Assembly (NCBI GenBank): GCA_001179505.1
Contig: CDMY01000138.1
Span: 62,001-126,000, forward strand
DNA length: 64,000 nt
Direction of reading: 5' to 3'
From: Vitrella brassicaformis CCMP3155
Taxonomy: Eukaryota > Protista > Chromerida
Shown: positions 1-13,540 of the stretch, in pieces
How the letters are laid out: the number at the start of each line of letters is the position of its first letter
Position numbering within the stretch: position 1 is the stretch's first letter
Program-made: the position numbers and the translations under genes
The notes under the pieces: generated by a model
The model's database searches: none
Told to the model about the DNA's origin: nothing
What the model saw: only the letters and a program-made list of their open reading frames with translations

Positions 1-46
1 CCTGCCTGCCTGCCTGGCTGCGTGCGCTTGTGCGTCACGTTGCAGT

Positions 47-3000
47 CGTTGGATCTCCTGAGGAGGAGTGTGCTGTGCGAGGCCGCCGGGGCGCTGCAGA
101 TCTTCGCCAAAGAGGAGGTCGACAAGTACAGAAAGGCCCTGGAGGTGCGGTGGGCAGCTGACCGAACAAACACACCACAATGACAATGGACATCCTGCGC
201 TTGGGTCGACGATGTGTGGCTGGCTGGCTGGATGGATGGGTTTGTGTGTTCGTTCAGGCGATGGAGAAGAAGAAAAAGAACGTGTCCACCAAGCTCACCA
301 TCGGCAGGCCCGTCGAGAGATTCAGACAGTGCCTCAACTCAGTCGTCTACCAGGTGGGCACACGCACTCCCCCACTCACTCACACAGGTCCCCCTCTCTC
401 TCTATCTCTCTCTATCTGTCTTGTCTGTCTCTTGTTTGTGCCTGTGGTGTTTGGGTCGTCAGGATGCCGGCGGCAGGATGGACAAGTGCGACGAGTGTCT
501 TTTGGGTCAGCTGACGGCGGCATGTCTTATCGGCATGGCAGACAGCCTCGAAGACATACTCACCGTCAGAAATCAGGTCCGTTCCTCTGTGCGTGTGTGC
601 GTCTATCGGGTCAGCTTTGGTCTGCTTGGTGTGCTGTGGTGTGCTGGTTGATTGGGTGGGTGCAGGAGACGCGCAAGCCGAAGGTAGCCAAGGGAACGCA
701 GGACTACACACCCATACAGATGGCCATTCGAAAGCAGGTCCCTCCCTCCCTCCCTCCCTCCCTCCACAATTTCGCTCTCCACACCAATTGTATGTGTATG
801 GCTGTGTAGGTGATGCGCGCCATCGCCGATGTGTTTGAGCGCCACGGCGCCGTGCAGATCGACACGCCCGTCTTCGAACTCAAGGTGCGGCCGGGCGTCC
901 GTCAGACGGACACAGACAGACAGACGAAGAGAGAGCAACGCACCCACGCACCCCATCACTCACCTCACGTGTTGGGCTCGCCGCTTCGCTTCTGGCTCTT
1001 CAGGAGACTCTCATGGGCAAGTATGGCGAGGACCAGAAGCTCATCTACGACCTCAAAGACCAGGTAAAATACCCCCCCCCCCACACACACACAGACAGAC
1101 AACACAACCTCTTTCACCCCGTGGCTCATCAATCCAATCCAATCCTATCCTACACACACATTATGTTTGTTGCACCATACCACCAGGGTGGCGAGCAGCT
1201 GTCGCTGCGGTACGACCTGACTGTGCCCTTTGCGCGTTTCTGCGCGTTGGGCAACGTCGAAAAGATCAAGCGGTACCACATCGGCAAGGTGTACCGGCGC
1301 GACGAGCCGCAGCTGGCCAAGGGCCGCTTCCGCGAGTTCTACCAGTGCGACTTCGACATTGCGGGGACCTACGACACCATGCTGCCCGACGCTGAGGTCA
1401 TCACGGTGAGCGAGCGACTAAGTACTGACTGAGTGAGGAAGGGAGTGATGTGATGTGATGTGTGGACACATCGACGGGCAGGCAATATGTTGGGGGATGG
1501 GTGGCATGCAATGCAGGTGTTTTGTGAGATTTTGGACCAGTTCTTTCCCAACGGGGGCTTCCAAGTCAAGATCAACCACAGGTGCCTGGGGCCTCTCTGT
1601 GTGGGCGGATGGGATGCGTCTGAACGGAACGGACTAATGCGTGTGGGTGTGGTGTGCGCATGTGCGCGTCAGGAAGCTGTTGGATGCGATCATGGAGGTG
1701 TGTGGCGTGCCGCAGCAGAAGTTCCGCCCAATCTGTTCGGCCATCGACAAGCTCGACAAAGAGCCCTGGGACAACGTCAAACGCGAAATGATCGACGAAA
1801 AGGTCAGATCCATCCATCCATCCATCGGGGCAGTGCACTCGTCGTGTCTGAATCTCTCTCTCTCTCTCTCTCTCTCTTTGTCTCTTCGGTGTGTAGGGTT
1901 TGAGAGAGGAGGTGGCTGACCGCATAGGCGAGTACGTGGTGCTCAAGGGACGGCCAAAGGAGATGATCGAGCGCCTTGACACCATGACCAACCTGCTCAA
2001 GTCAACTTCAGCTCAGGTGAAAGGAAAGACGCACGCACATCAAACACGTCCCTCCGTCAGTCGCATTGATCATGTGTGCGCTTGGCCTGAGCAGACGGCT
2101 TTATCGGAAATGAAGCTGCTGGTCGACTACGTGACAGCCCTGGGCGTCATCGACCGCCTCTGTCTCGACCTGTCCCTTGCCCGTGGCCTCGAGTACTACA
2201 CTGGCGTCATCTACGAGGCCGTCACGCTGAGTGGCGAGAGCGGCATCGGGTCCGTGGGCGGGGGCGGCAGGTACGACCACCTCGTCGGCATGTTCGCCGG
2301 CAAAGACATCCCGGCCGTCGGCGTGTCCATCGGTATGCAGACAGACAGACAGACAGACAGGTATATCTGTGTGCGTTGGGCTGGGCAAATGTCAGGCATT
2401 GAGCGGGTGTTTGCGGCGATAGAGAGCAAGTTCGGTCTGAAGGGTGATGCCTCATCTGCTGCTGCGTCGGAGACGGCGACGGACAAGAAGAAGGGCGGCA
2501 AGAGCGGCGGCGCCACACGGGACGGCACGGGCTCACAGCAGCAGCAGCAATCGTCCGAGGTGCACAGTGTCGTTCGTGATGCGGCCACCGACGTGCTCAT
2601 CTGCACCATCGGCGACAACTTGCTGCTGTACGCCAGCCAGCCAGACAGACAGACAGACAGAGACACAACACACGATGGATGGATGGATGGATGGATGGTG
2701 TCCATGCGTGTGGTGCAGGGAGCGGTTGGCAATGGCTCGTGAGCTGTGGGATGCGGGCATCGCGTGCGAGTTCGTGTACGTCGAGAAGCCCAAGCTCAAC
2801 AAACAACTCAACCACGCTTCCGACAACAGTAGGGAAGGAACAGCACCACGACCGCCATCCATTCTCCCATCTCTCTGTCTGTCTGTCTGTCTCTCCACCT
2901 CTCCGTCTGTCCCTTCACCGATGGATGGATCCACCAGAGATCCCGTTGGCAGTGATCATGGGTGAAGACGAGCTCAGCAAGGGCGTCGTCAAGGTGCGCT

Positions 3001-3336
3001 TCCTCACCCACGGACCACCGGCACCACAGGAGGCACCTGCCGCCGACCCCACCAGCAGCAGCAATGGCGTCAACACGGCCACCACACAAGACCAACAGCA
3101 ACAGCAGCCACCGGAGAAGAAGGAGATCGAGGTGGGTGCGTGAGCTGACGGGTGGGAGGGCGGCTGTCTGTGGTATGTGTGTCCGGTGTGAATGTCAGGT
3201 GGAGCGTGGTGCGCTGGTGTCTCGTCTGCGTGGGATATTGGCCAAGACCAAGACCTCGTCGGAGCGCCTCTACGACCACATCATCAACAACACCAACACT
3301 AGCAGCAGCAGCAGCAGCAGCAGCAACGGCAACTGA
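47..3336 (+). CDS. HARS: Histidyl-tRNA synthetase (cytosolic type), multi-exon, 5' end lies outside the window
   Basis: Spliced exons give [72 protein letters not shown]...[56 protein letters not shown] and an anticodon-binding domain ([29 protein letters not shown]). Stop TGA at 3334-3336. Confidence 0.95.
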
Positions 3337-4415
3337 CCCACCCGCACATGCACACGGGTTGGTGACGGGCACACAAGTGCGGTGCGCGTCTCGGTCGGTT
3401 GCAGTAGCCTTCGTTCATTCTTGAGTGAGTTGTGTTGACGGATGGGCGATTTTGGGTCGTTGGCTGGCTGGTTGGCTGGCTGGTTGGTGAGGGTGCGTTT
3501 ATGAGAATGTGACGCATGCAAGGTGTGAACAGGCCGACACACGTACATGTGTGGTTGATTGGAAGACCACTGAATTAATGCTTTGTGTCGGCGGCAGTAA
3601 TGTGTTTTTTCTGTCTCCCGACAAGAATTCTGGCCAAGTTCGCAATATATCAGTGCTTTGTGCTGGTTGTGTCGGACATCGCGGAATGTTAGCATGATTG
3701 TCTGCCGGTGAAGCTGGTGAGTGTCATTTACTTCTGAGGTAGTCGGTGTGCACATCTGGGCCGACTGATCACACCGACGACAGACAGGCCGACTCTCTCT
3801 TCTCTTCTTATCACGCCCGAACACTTGTGCATTCGCAGCCACTCACTTCTGCTCCAAAAAGATGGACAGAGCCAATATACCACCCGTGTGTGTCACCACC
3901 CCAACGCTCGTGCACAGCCTGTCAGTCAGTCACTTCTCCTCCAAAAAGAAAAACAGAGCTATCCTCGCCATACACATGAGATGAGACAGCTACACACGAA
4001 GTCGCACATGTTGGCGCCACACAGACTATATTGGCATGGGCCGATGGACATGCGCTCATAGACACGCACCCATACGAATGATATCAACACCGCCAGCCAG
4101 CAAGCCAGCGAGCCAGCGAACAGCCAGCCAGTCGTCACGTCTGTAGGCTCGTGTCTCGATCGACTTGAGAGAGTGTCCTTCATGTACAAAGTCGGACTAT
4201 CTGTGGCCGGGAAGCCAACTCACATGAATCACCATATTTGTGTTGGTATCCTGCTCTTCTTCTGACAGCTGAAACAAATTGTGTGTGTGTGTGTGTGTGT
4301 CGCTGGTGTGGACTGCAATGAACAGGAGCGCGGAACAACTGACTATATATCAACACATTGATTTCAGACGGTCCGTACGTGTCTGTTGTCTGTCACTCCC
4401 CACCACGCAATGCAA

Positions 4416-7400
4416 TCAGGCCATCCTGTAAACGCTCATGAGCAGGTTTGAGAAGGCTCCTACGATCTGTGACACTCTCGCCCCTATCATCGACTGCCCC
4501 GGGGGCGGGAATGCCTCAAAATCATACCGATAGATCAGCACGGGGCGCGTCACCCACGTGTCGTTGGCTGCATTGCACCAAAGAAACAAACACAGAGAGA
4601 AACCGCACCAGACGTCCCCACGAGCTGCCTGAGCCATTGACTTGACCTCGACCTCACTGACTGACCTTTTCCCCTGTGCAGTGTTCGCGAGTCGTAGAGC
4701 AGCACGTCGCCCTCCTGCAGCTCACCCTCCACGGGACCTGCGTCAAGAAAGCGGCATCGTGCCGGATGTGGCTGCTCGTTCCTTCCTCTTTATAGCACTA
4801 GTCAGTCACCTCCGATGCTCTGCACTCTGCCATGGAACTGGAAGATCTCCCTTATCTGCTCGAACGCGCTCCGTTTCTGCAAAGCAATTGAGAGGGAGGG
4901 AAAGGGGAGCATCAACTACTACAGAGCACTCCATCCATATGTGCTGTGCTATGATGCTAACTAACGTCGCTCGGGAAGAGTCGGTGAGACGCCGGGAGGA
5001 CTTCGGTTGGCCCATTCTTGTGGCGAATGTTGCAGAGAGCGAGGACAACAGTGATGCCAGGCGACCTGAAGCGGCAAGAAGCAAGGAGGGCAACGAGAGA
5101 GAGAAGGTGTCACTGCTAAAAAATGGTACTAGCAGGTCGGTGGCTTCTCACCAGTTGTCGATGTGCCAGAACTGGTTCTCGGCCATGGGGTCTGACACTC
5201 AGAGCATACCCACTCTTTCGGCGTCAGTGTATGTGTGGCTGTGATCGTCTTACCTGCAATCAGCAGCTGTAGCTGCGACACCATCAACCTGTGCATGATC
5301 AATTGCACCACACAAAAGCTCTTGACGACTTCCAGGTTCCGCCACCTTCGTAGGTCGTTTACCTTTTCGCCCTCATCGATTCGGCCAGCGTCTGATCTGC
5401 GTCCTGCTCCACCGGCTCCGCCATGGCCTTGCTCGCCGCGCTGCGTGGCACCGGAGGCCCCTCCCTCGCTGCTTTCTCGCGGCTGGGTGTAGCCTGGCTG
5501 ACGGCGCCGGAATTCCCCTCGCTGCTCGAGGTGTTGCCCCACCGTCTGACGACATCAATCGCCTTTTTTGTGAAGGTTTCGCACGGGAGAGATGCGTAGA
5601 CGAGAGGCATCCAGGGAGCCTGGTAGTCGACGACTTTGCGCTCGAGGGTGGTGGCACGCACCAGCAGGTGCAGACGCCCTGAGGGACAAGCAGACGGAGA
5701 AAGTGTTCATGTTCGTGTCTGAACGCCCACGCCGTCCGTGTCTTGCTGACCTCTTGTCGGCCGCGAGCAGTAGACACACGGATCTTCCTTCAAAATCTTC
5801 TCGCCACACGCCGAAGCCTAGAGAATGGCGCCGGCGAACGGATCGACCGTACTGACCGACCTGTAGCACCCGAGCCTTCCTACCTACCGTTGCCTTGCTG
5901 ATGTAGAGCTCTCGGCGAAGGTGCTCCACCTCTTCGGGGGTCAACGCGCCCTTGATCTTCACCACACCTGTTGGTTGATCCATCCACGCACGGCAGGGAA
6001 CACCCAATGGACGACAAGACAAGCATCACAAGTTTCTCTGCCTGTACTCCCCACCCCATTTCCTGAGGTGTTTCAGTGCCGTCTCAAGCTCCTCTGTGCC
6101 GAGCGTTCTGAATGGCGGCGTCGGATCAGGCTCGATCCCCTCGCCTTGCTTCTTGGCCTCCTTAGTTTCTTCCAGCTTCTTGAGCTTTTCCGCCTCTTCG
6201 AGGCGCTTCTTGGTGTCGAAGTTCTTCAACGCCCATGCCCATGTCTTTTTGTTTTCCTTCTCGACGGCCTCTGAGGTCTTGCCCTGGTGCGCCTTCTCGA
6301 GCCTTCGCTTCTCGTCCAGCTGCTCCTTTCTCTTGATGTCCGAGTCGAGTGACGGCACGAGGTAGGATGCAGTGCGGGTACCCACGTTCACCGTCTCCGC
6401 CTCGTTGCTCATGCGGGGGCCGAAGAAACCCTCCTTGTACGTGTAAGGGTCGAAGTAGCCCGACAACTGATCACCCAGAATATATTCACCAAGCGAGCGT
6501 TGCCAGGGCGCACACCTCATTGTGCCTCTTCTGAGTCCATCCTCACCTTCCAGTTGGCAGTGAGGTAGGTGTAGAGGGTGTCTTCAAAGTGCCTTGACAT
6601 CTTCTCGCATGCCGTCGGCCCCAGGCTGACCTGCATGTCGTCGGGCTCGTGTCTTGCGCCCCCGGCCGATGAAGACGTTGGTACTGCTGCCGTGTTGGTT
6701 GGGAGAAGGTTGAGATCCACCCTTGTGAATTCAGATCGCAGCTCGCCTGCTCGGCCGACCGCGTCGTGGAGGAAGAGAATGGCCTTGCCCCAGTGATGCA
6801 GGAAGTCATCGACATGCTGCTCGATCAGCTGACGGAGACCCTGATTTGCAAGAAAAAAGTCAAAGCTGTCTATGGGCATTGCGCGTCTGCCTCCTTCCTG
6901 AGCTCATCACCCACCTTCACTGTGAGGTCCTGTTGCTCATGCGCCGCTCTCTCAATGGCCTGGGTCAGTCGGTTGATGAGCATCTGCGTCATCTGCACGT
7001 GGTAGTCGACAGGGTAGGCATGGTCGGCGGCGGCCTTGTACTCCTCCAACGTGAAGCCGTGACGACGACCGAGGCTGAACACAAAATGGACATCCACACA
7101 CAGGGTTCTGCCAGCTTGTGTGTATGCCTTCCGACCCACTCTTGGATGAAGCCTTGAGATGGGAGGTCTGCATCAAGCTTTTCGCGAGGGGGTATCTCCA
7201 CAGTGACTTGAGGAAGCAGCGGCTTCGGGGGGTTCGTAGTCTTCTTATAGTGATAGTAAACGCCAAGAGAAACTGACAAGGACAGCAGAGCAACCTCAGT
7301 CTTGGCCTGATCTCGTCCGCACTGTGTGATCTGCGTGCATCCCTACCCAGTCCAAGGCCGATGCAGCCGAGCAAGTTGAGCGACCACGAGACACCCTTCA

Positions 7401-7722
7401 TGAGCAGATGCGGCGCAGCGTCGTACTTCTCCATCTTCTTGATGAGCTTATATTGCCGCTCTGCGCGTTTCTCGCCGATCTCGTCCGCTGACGGTCCCTC
7501 TCGTCCCTGGTTGCGACTGGCACGCTGCGCCCCTCGGGTGATGCGAATCGCTTGCTCTTGCCGCTGCTCGCCCGGGGATGGCTTCGTTGCAGTTCGCTGG
7601 AACTGAGCTGTGCTCTGGTACAGGCGGATCCACACCAAAGACCTCTTGCTTCCATGCTGCCGAAGGTGGATGAGAGATCTTGTCAGAGTCGATAACATGA
7701 TGGATGAATGCGCAGCAGCCAT
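4416..7722 (-). CDS. PhyH-like Fe(II)/2-oxoglutarate dioxygenase with a long N-terminal extension (could be two genes)
   Basis: Manual splicing gives GVVKIKGALTPEEVEHLR, QFWHIDN (HxD), GITVVLALCNIRHKNGPTEVLPASH, GDVLLYDSRTLHRG (distal His) and RPVLIYRY. Upstream same-strand exons run to ATG 7722, which begins a Ser/Arg-rich, acid-poor leader. Confidence 0.75.
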
Positions 7723-9637
7723 CTCTATCCACCCATCCGACGGCTTTGGCGGCGCTGAAGGATGCAGTAGCGGTTTCAGGGAGCACCCTAAGCGCTGGAG
7801 GATGCCGACCTTGGAGGAGATCTGCAGGAGTGTGCGCGCAGCAGGGAGGCTCTAGCGCACAGGAAGACCACACGCGCAGCCAGAGGAGCTTTTCTCTGTC
7901 AAATGACCACTCCTGCAATATGTCGGTCTTGTCGGTCTCTTTTGTGCGTGTCAGAGATGCCTGTGACTCCGGTGTGTGACGGCGGTCTCGCGGGTGGTGC
8001 TACGAAGGCTCTTCGTTGGTCCTGCGGCATTATCAGCCAGCGCCTGCAAGGATTACGTCTGCACATGAGGGCTCTGCTTGCGCAGGTCTTTCTGGGGTAT
8101 CGGCCATGGGGTATCGGCGATTGATTGGTTGATTGAGTGAGGCTGCCGGCGAGCATGCGTCAATGGCGGACTTCGTCGCACGGGGGTGCGTTGGACAGAC
8201 TAGGGAGTGGCTGTTGAGTCCATTTAACAGCACAGGATGGATTGGGATGTGCAGGCGTCCTCGTTGCCACCCACGCGAGGGGTGGTCACTGACGCCCTCT
8301 CGGTTGCGACCCTGAATAGGCCATGTGCGTGAGTGAGTTGTCGGACTCTGTTACACACGATACCAGGCAGGCAGGCAGGCAGGCGGCGAAGAAGGAGCAC
8401 GCCATGCATCCAGTCCGTATCTCGTACCGCCCGAACAGTCAGGCAAGAACAGGGATGTATTCCGCAGCGACTGAGCTTCGATGCATGTCAGTCAATCAGG
8501 TCGTTTGTATTTCCAGGTTTCAAACCAATGAAGCACACGAATCACAGGCAATGGTAGATAATCTGTGTCACTGACTTATGTGTCCCCATATGTCCTTCGT
8601 GCGTCTCATCCATCCACCACCGTCATCATCCACCACTGCACAAGTACACGCAGAGAGAGAGAGATGATAGACAGCGAAGGCCAACATGGAAGGACGTCGT
8701 GTTTTTGTGATTGGTAAAGGACTCGCGATCGGCGGCCAATCCCATGCACTCACACACCGTACGATGCGATGTACTCTGTCTCTCAACCGAACAGACAAAA
8801 CAAAGCCCTATATATCGCATGTGCAACTACTAAATCGGCCTCGAGGCTGGAGCGAGTTGGCATGCCTGCCTTCCTGTCACAGGGCCTTGCTTCTCCTGTC
8901 ATGGAAGCCAACTGACGACATGACGTTGTGAGGCACTCAAGGACGCTTCGCATGCACTCAGTGACTGTGTGGCTTTGTGTCTCATTATGACTTTGGTCTG
9001 GGTCCGTCATTAATTGTTCTCGTTGCTCGCCAGTGCATCGTTGCAGCGAGACACGAGGCGTTTGTACGCAATGTACAAATGGAAGCGCTCAATTTGATGT
9101 GGTACGTATGTGGTCACGGCGGGTCAGCCAAGCGCCTGCCATCTGTCTGTTTATACCCTCCGACCGCCTCCTGTACGTTGGGGTCGGCAATTTTGAAATC
9201 GGCATTTCTGTGCACGGCACTCTTCTGACAGAAGAAAGAAAGAAAGTATATATATACATATATATATTCTTTTCTTTCTTGCTTTCTTAAAAGAATATGT
9301 ATACATATGTACTTTTTTCTTTCATACATCAATGTGTGTACGTATATTTGACACCGAACCATACCTGACACACACACGCTGACTGGTATGCGCTTCCTCT
9401 TGGTGTCCGTGGCGTGGAAGCAGACGAAGGTCCAAACTTCGGGTTGGACCTTCCTTCCTCCTGCGGGTCAATAATTGGTCTGTACATGCCTGTCTTGGTC
9501 CATTCATCCATCCATCTATCCGTCCATCGCCCCAAAGAGCATGTACGACACGACAATTGTCGTGTGCATTGAGAAAAGAGGATGTCGCGTGTTTCTGTCT
9601 CCATCCGCAAAGCAAACCAATCGTCCAAGCAGACATG

Positions 9638-11844
9638 TCATGGCAGCTCAAACATACTTGAATGAAAAGGACAAAACTCGTACGTGCTTACTGACTGATA
9701 CTTGTTCTCATCGGCAGTGGTCAAGAAAATCACCAAAACGACTGGCAGATTGCGAAACATGATAGCAGCGCCGCCGATGCCCAGTGCCAGCAAGTGCATC
9801 CTGATGACGCCCGGCTCGGTTATGCTCTTAATCAGGGGCAAGTTAGCAGAGCGCACGAGGCAGAGGTAGAGCGCACCCTCAAACAAGACTTCGATCAGCA
9901 CCATGAGTCCCAGACCTACTAGCCTCTCTAGCAGGTGACGGACGGATGGAAAGAGGATCTGGCCGACAGTGATGTTGAAGAGGTTGGTGAAGATGAGCAC
10001 TGTCAACTCGATCAAGCTGTAGGCATGCATTTGCTGCAGCAGTGGGGGCAAAAAAGTGTAGAATGGATGGATTTCCTTGTCTGTCGCTTTCCTTCCTTAC
10101 ATCGCTGAGACGCCGAAGGAATATCGGGTGATAGCCAAATTGAACAACCTGAGTGGGGACGTCCAGAAACGTGCTCAAAGACCTCATAGAGTAGCGACCG
10201 GCCGCCTCGAAAGTCATCATGGTCGTAGAAAGGCGGCTGAGTAGCATGACCGGCGTTTGCTTATCGCGCGTTTCCTGAGTATCTTCAGCAGTGACAGTGT
10301 TGAAGTGCCGATGTCGTACCGGCCTGCATAGGAATCGCACCAGGCTTCTTCTCGCGGCACCACCTATGAGAACGAAATACGGCATGGCTAGGTCGGTAAC
10401 GAAGTCGAATGATGCAAAGATCAAGCTCCACAGGAGCTGGTAAGGAGAGACATGTCCAGGAAAGACGAGGAATGGATCTGACGCGAGGACAGCGTCGATG
10501 TGCCCACCTACCTGAGAGGAGGTATGTTCCATCTCGGCCTGGACAACCCTTGGGAAGACTGCGAAGCCGAACGCTACAAACGTGATTGCAGGAGACGTTT
10601 GCAGGGCAGGGCCGTCCTTCAGAGAACGAACGATGCCTGTGACTGAGACACAGACCGAATACGCATGGAAACATGCGAATGTATCCATCGATCGAGTCGC
10701 ATTTCTTACGGGTCGCAACAAGGAGCCCCACCACGAGCAGCCAAGTTAAGATGACGCCTGTCTTCTCGCGATCTGTTGTTGCACTCCGGGCAAGTGGCAC
10801 AAAGTAGAGGGGTACGGCAAACGAAAAACACATGACCACTACAGAAATGACCCATGTCTTGAGAATATACGCCCGCTTCCTCACAACTATCGTCGATGTC
10901 AGAGCCACTTGGCGAAAGACCCTGATAGGACAGGCACAACGACAGAGAATATGTGCTTACTATCACAATTCTTCTCTCACATGAGGGGTATGAACACCTT
11001 AATGGGGAAATGCATGAACGGCGCATATTTGTGGCGTTTCCGCAGGGCCTCGACGTGGTGGAAAAGTGCAAATGCCACGTATGGGGCAAACCCAAGAAGG
11101 AAGAAATGCCAGGTCGTCCTGAAGCGGCGGACAGCCCCAATTCCGCTGCCCTCAGCCACAAGTAGTATCAAAGCCATATAGCATAGGGCAGCGATGATGC
11201 GGCGAGTTACATCAAGGACTATGCCTGCCGCTCTCGCGCTCATCTTCTCGCACGCCGACCAGTACGACAGCCACACCAGGGCCCAACAGACTGCAAAGCC
11301 GACGGCTGCAATTAGGTGGAATAAGAGTACCTGGAAAGTGACAGATCTGGAAGGACTGCGACATTGTGCGAATGATTACCTTCGTAACTCTTCTTGCAGT
11401 CGTCCAAAGCGGCTCAGGAGTGAAGACCGCACCAACAAATGAGCCTCCCTCATATCGCAAGTCAGTTTGGAACTCCTGAAAGGAGGCTGCACGTCCCGCG
11501 CATGCTCGGAGTTCATTCACCTTTTCTTCGAGCTCCATCTCCTCTCTGCGCAGCGCTCTCCCGCCTTCTTCTCCGTCCTCATGATAGACAACCCCCTCTT
11601 CTGAGTAGGTTTGTGTAGGCAGGCCGCAGGTCACGTCGTTGGTCCCAGTGGCGCCTGTGCTCTCCGGGTGATCAATGACATGCGCCTCGCGACCGCTGAG
11701 AAGAGCTGCTGGTTCATCGCTGACTTTCATGGCGTGTTCAACGTCGTGTTGCGGTTGAGCGGTGGTGAGCTCCGCGGTCAGCATCTTCAAAACAGGAACA
11801 ATTCCGAGCCGATCCTGGGGGCTCCCTGGGGGCTCAGTCCCCAC
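9638..11844 (-). CDS. Hypothetical multi-pass membrane protein
   Basis: Consecutive minus-strand ORFs (11212-11844, 10977-11276, 10285-10908, 9879-10721, 9638-10051) with many hydrophobic helices. One GT-AG intron (gtaagg...ctgcag, ~10030-10100) was verified by eye. The 5' end is uncertain. Confidence 0.6.
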
Positions 11845-13540
11845 GGCGGAGCAACTTCAAAGTTCAACTTGAACTCTCTGCTCACACGCAGGATGATGCA
11901 CCGGCTTCAGAGACCGTTACATTCAAATCCGATTCGGACTGAGGTCCCAAGGAACTGGTCCTCTGATGTGTACAGAACGGATGACGACAGCCCTCCGCGG
12001 CAAACAGCTGCGACCACTGCTGAGGGCTGGATGAACGGGGGTAAGACGCATGGGCACGCCAAAACTGCACGAGGATCTTGACTGGCTCATGCCTGTCTGC
12101 ATTGTTGTCTCTGTCCGCGTCTTTTCCCTCTGCAGCTGCTGCGCCAAATTGGAGCGGCGGTGTGGATGTTGATCTGGCGGTGCAGATGCTCGCGAAGCAG
12201 AAGGCCCCCGGCACGGCGAGGCTGTTCACAAAGGCATGCAGGATGAGCAGAGATCCATTCATCGGGGGTCTGTTGATGGAGATCGTGTGTTTGTGATTGG
12301 TAAAGGACTCGCGATCGGCGGCCGATTCCACCACCTACCGTACTGTAGTACAGAGCCAACACAACCAACACACGTACCGTAACGATGTGCAGTACTGCGA
12401 CATCTCCTCACAATCAATATATCCTAAGCACACAGCAGCACAACACACGGTCAGACACAAAAACATCGTCCAGGTCTCGTCGGTGGCCTCTCTCTCATGT
12501 GGCTGCCTCAGCTGACTTCCCAGCTTCCCTCTCTCAAGCGTGTCTGTGCCGTCGTTGCACGGCGTCTCTGCCTCCCTCACTTCTTTGGCAGTGCGACTGC
12601 TCTGGCGTCTCTGCTTCTCTGTCTGTCTGCCTGTCTCTGTCCCTCTCTCTCTCTCTCTCTCTCGTTCTCTCTGCCTCCCTGGTCCCTCCCACTCTTCCCT
12701 CCCTCCCTCCCTCTGCTGTCGCTTACCGGTTGGTGGTGTGGCGCACACGAAGGAAAGGGCGAAGAAACAGACCAAACAGCGCACAGAAGAGCTCGTCCAG
12801 CTTATTTCTCTCTTGCTGAGTCGCGTGTTCAACAACAGAATTTTTTCAAGCTTTTTGTGTATGTATGTGTGTGTGTGTGTTTGTGGATGTATGTGTGTGT
12901 GTGGCCAGACACCTAAGGGGAAAAATGATTGGATGGTGTCTCGTCACGCGTAATGCACCCAATGACAGCCAAACTGAGTGTGCACATCCGTCAGACACTG
13001 CGGCGGGCCCAAAGAGAAATATCTCCTCCTATTGGTGGTGTGTCTCGTCGGCTCAGCCCTCCAGACAACGACACACACACAGGTCCCACTGGGGCACAGT
13101 CCTCGTATTCGTGAATGCCCAAGGCTCCCAATGGCCGTCACAAGTTGGCCGTTTGTCGAGAGCGTGCTTGTCACGTCCATGGATCGAGAAGTCGTTTGTT
13201 TCTGCGTTAGTTCTGATCTTGAACGGCTTTTTGCCACTCAGCTTGCCTTTATATTTGCTCCTTGTGCACCATGTGTAGAAAGGCAAGTATGGAAGAGATA
13301 GGTCCAAGAGAGAAGCGCCGCTACACACGACCGCTACGTGCGCTCCACCCGGTCTCAAAGTTATCGTCAGCACAAAACATTTCTTTCTATGCCAAGATAA
13401 TTCGGTTCCTTGACAAATACAGATTGCATGAGGATGACAGGGTACAGAACCATACAAAGATACTAGGCGATAGGTATTAAGCCCTTGAACCGAAGATACA
13501 ATAAGGACCGTCCCAGCTCGTAGACGACGAGAGATATGAA

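Noticed and set aside
8254-8296. Nested hairpin GGCGTC/GACGCC with CCACCC/GGGTGG, a possible ncRNA
   Set aside because: Short GC-rich stems are expected by chance, and there are no recognisable snRNA, snoRNA or SRP motifs.
12335-12953. Overlapping 130-170 aa ORFs
   Set aside because: They are dominated by (CT)n/(GT)n/(GACA)n microsatellite translations.
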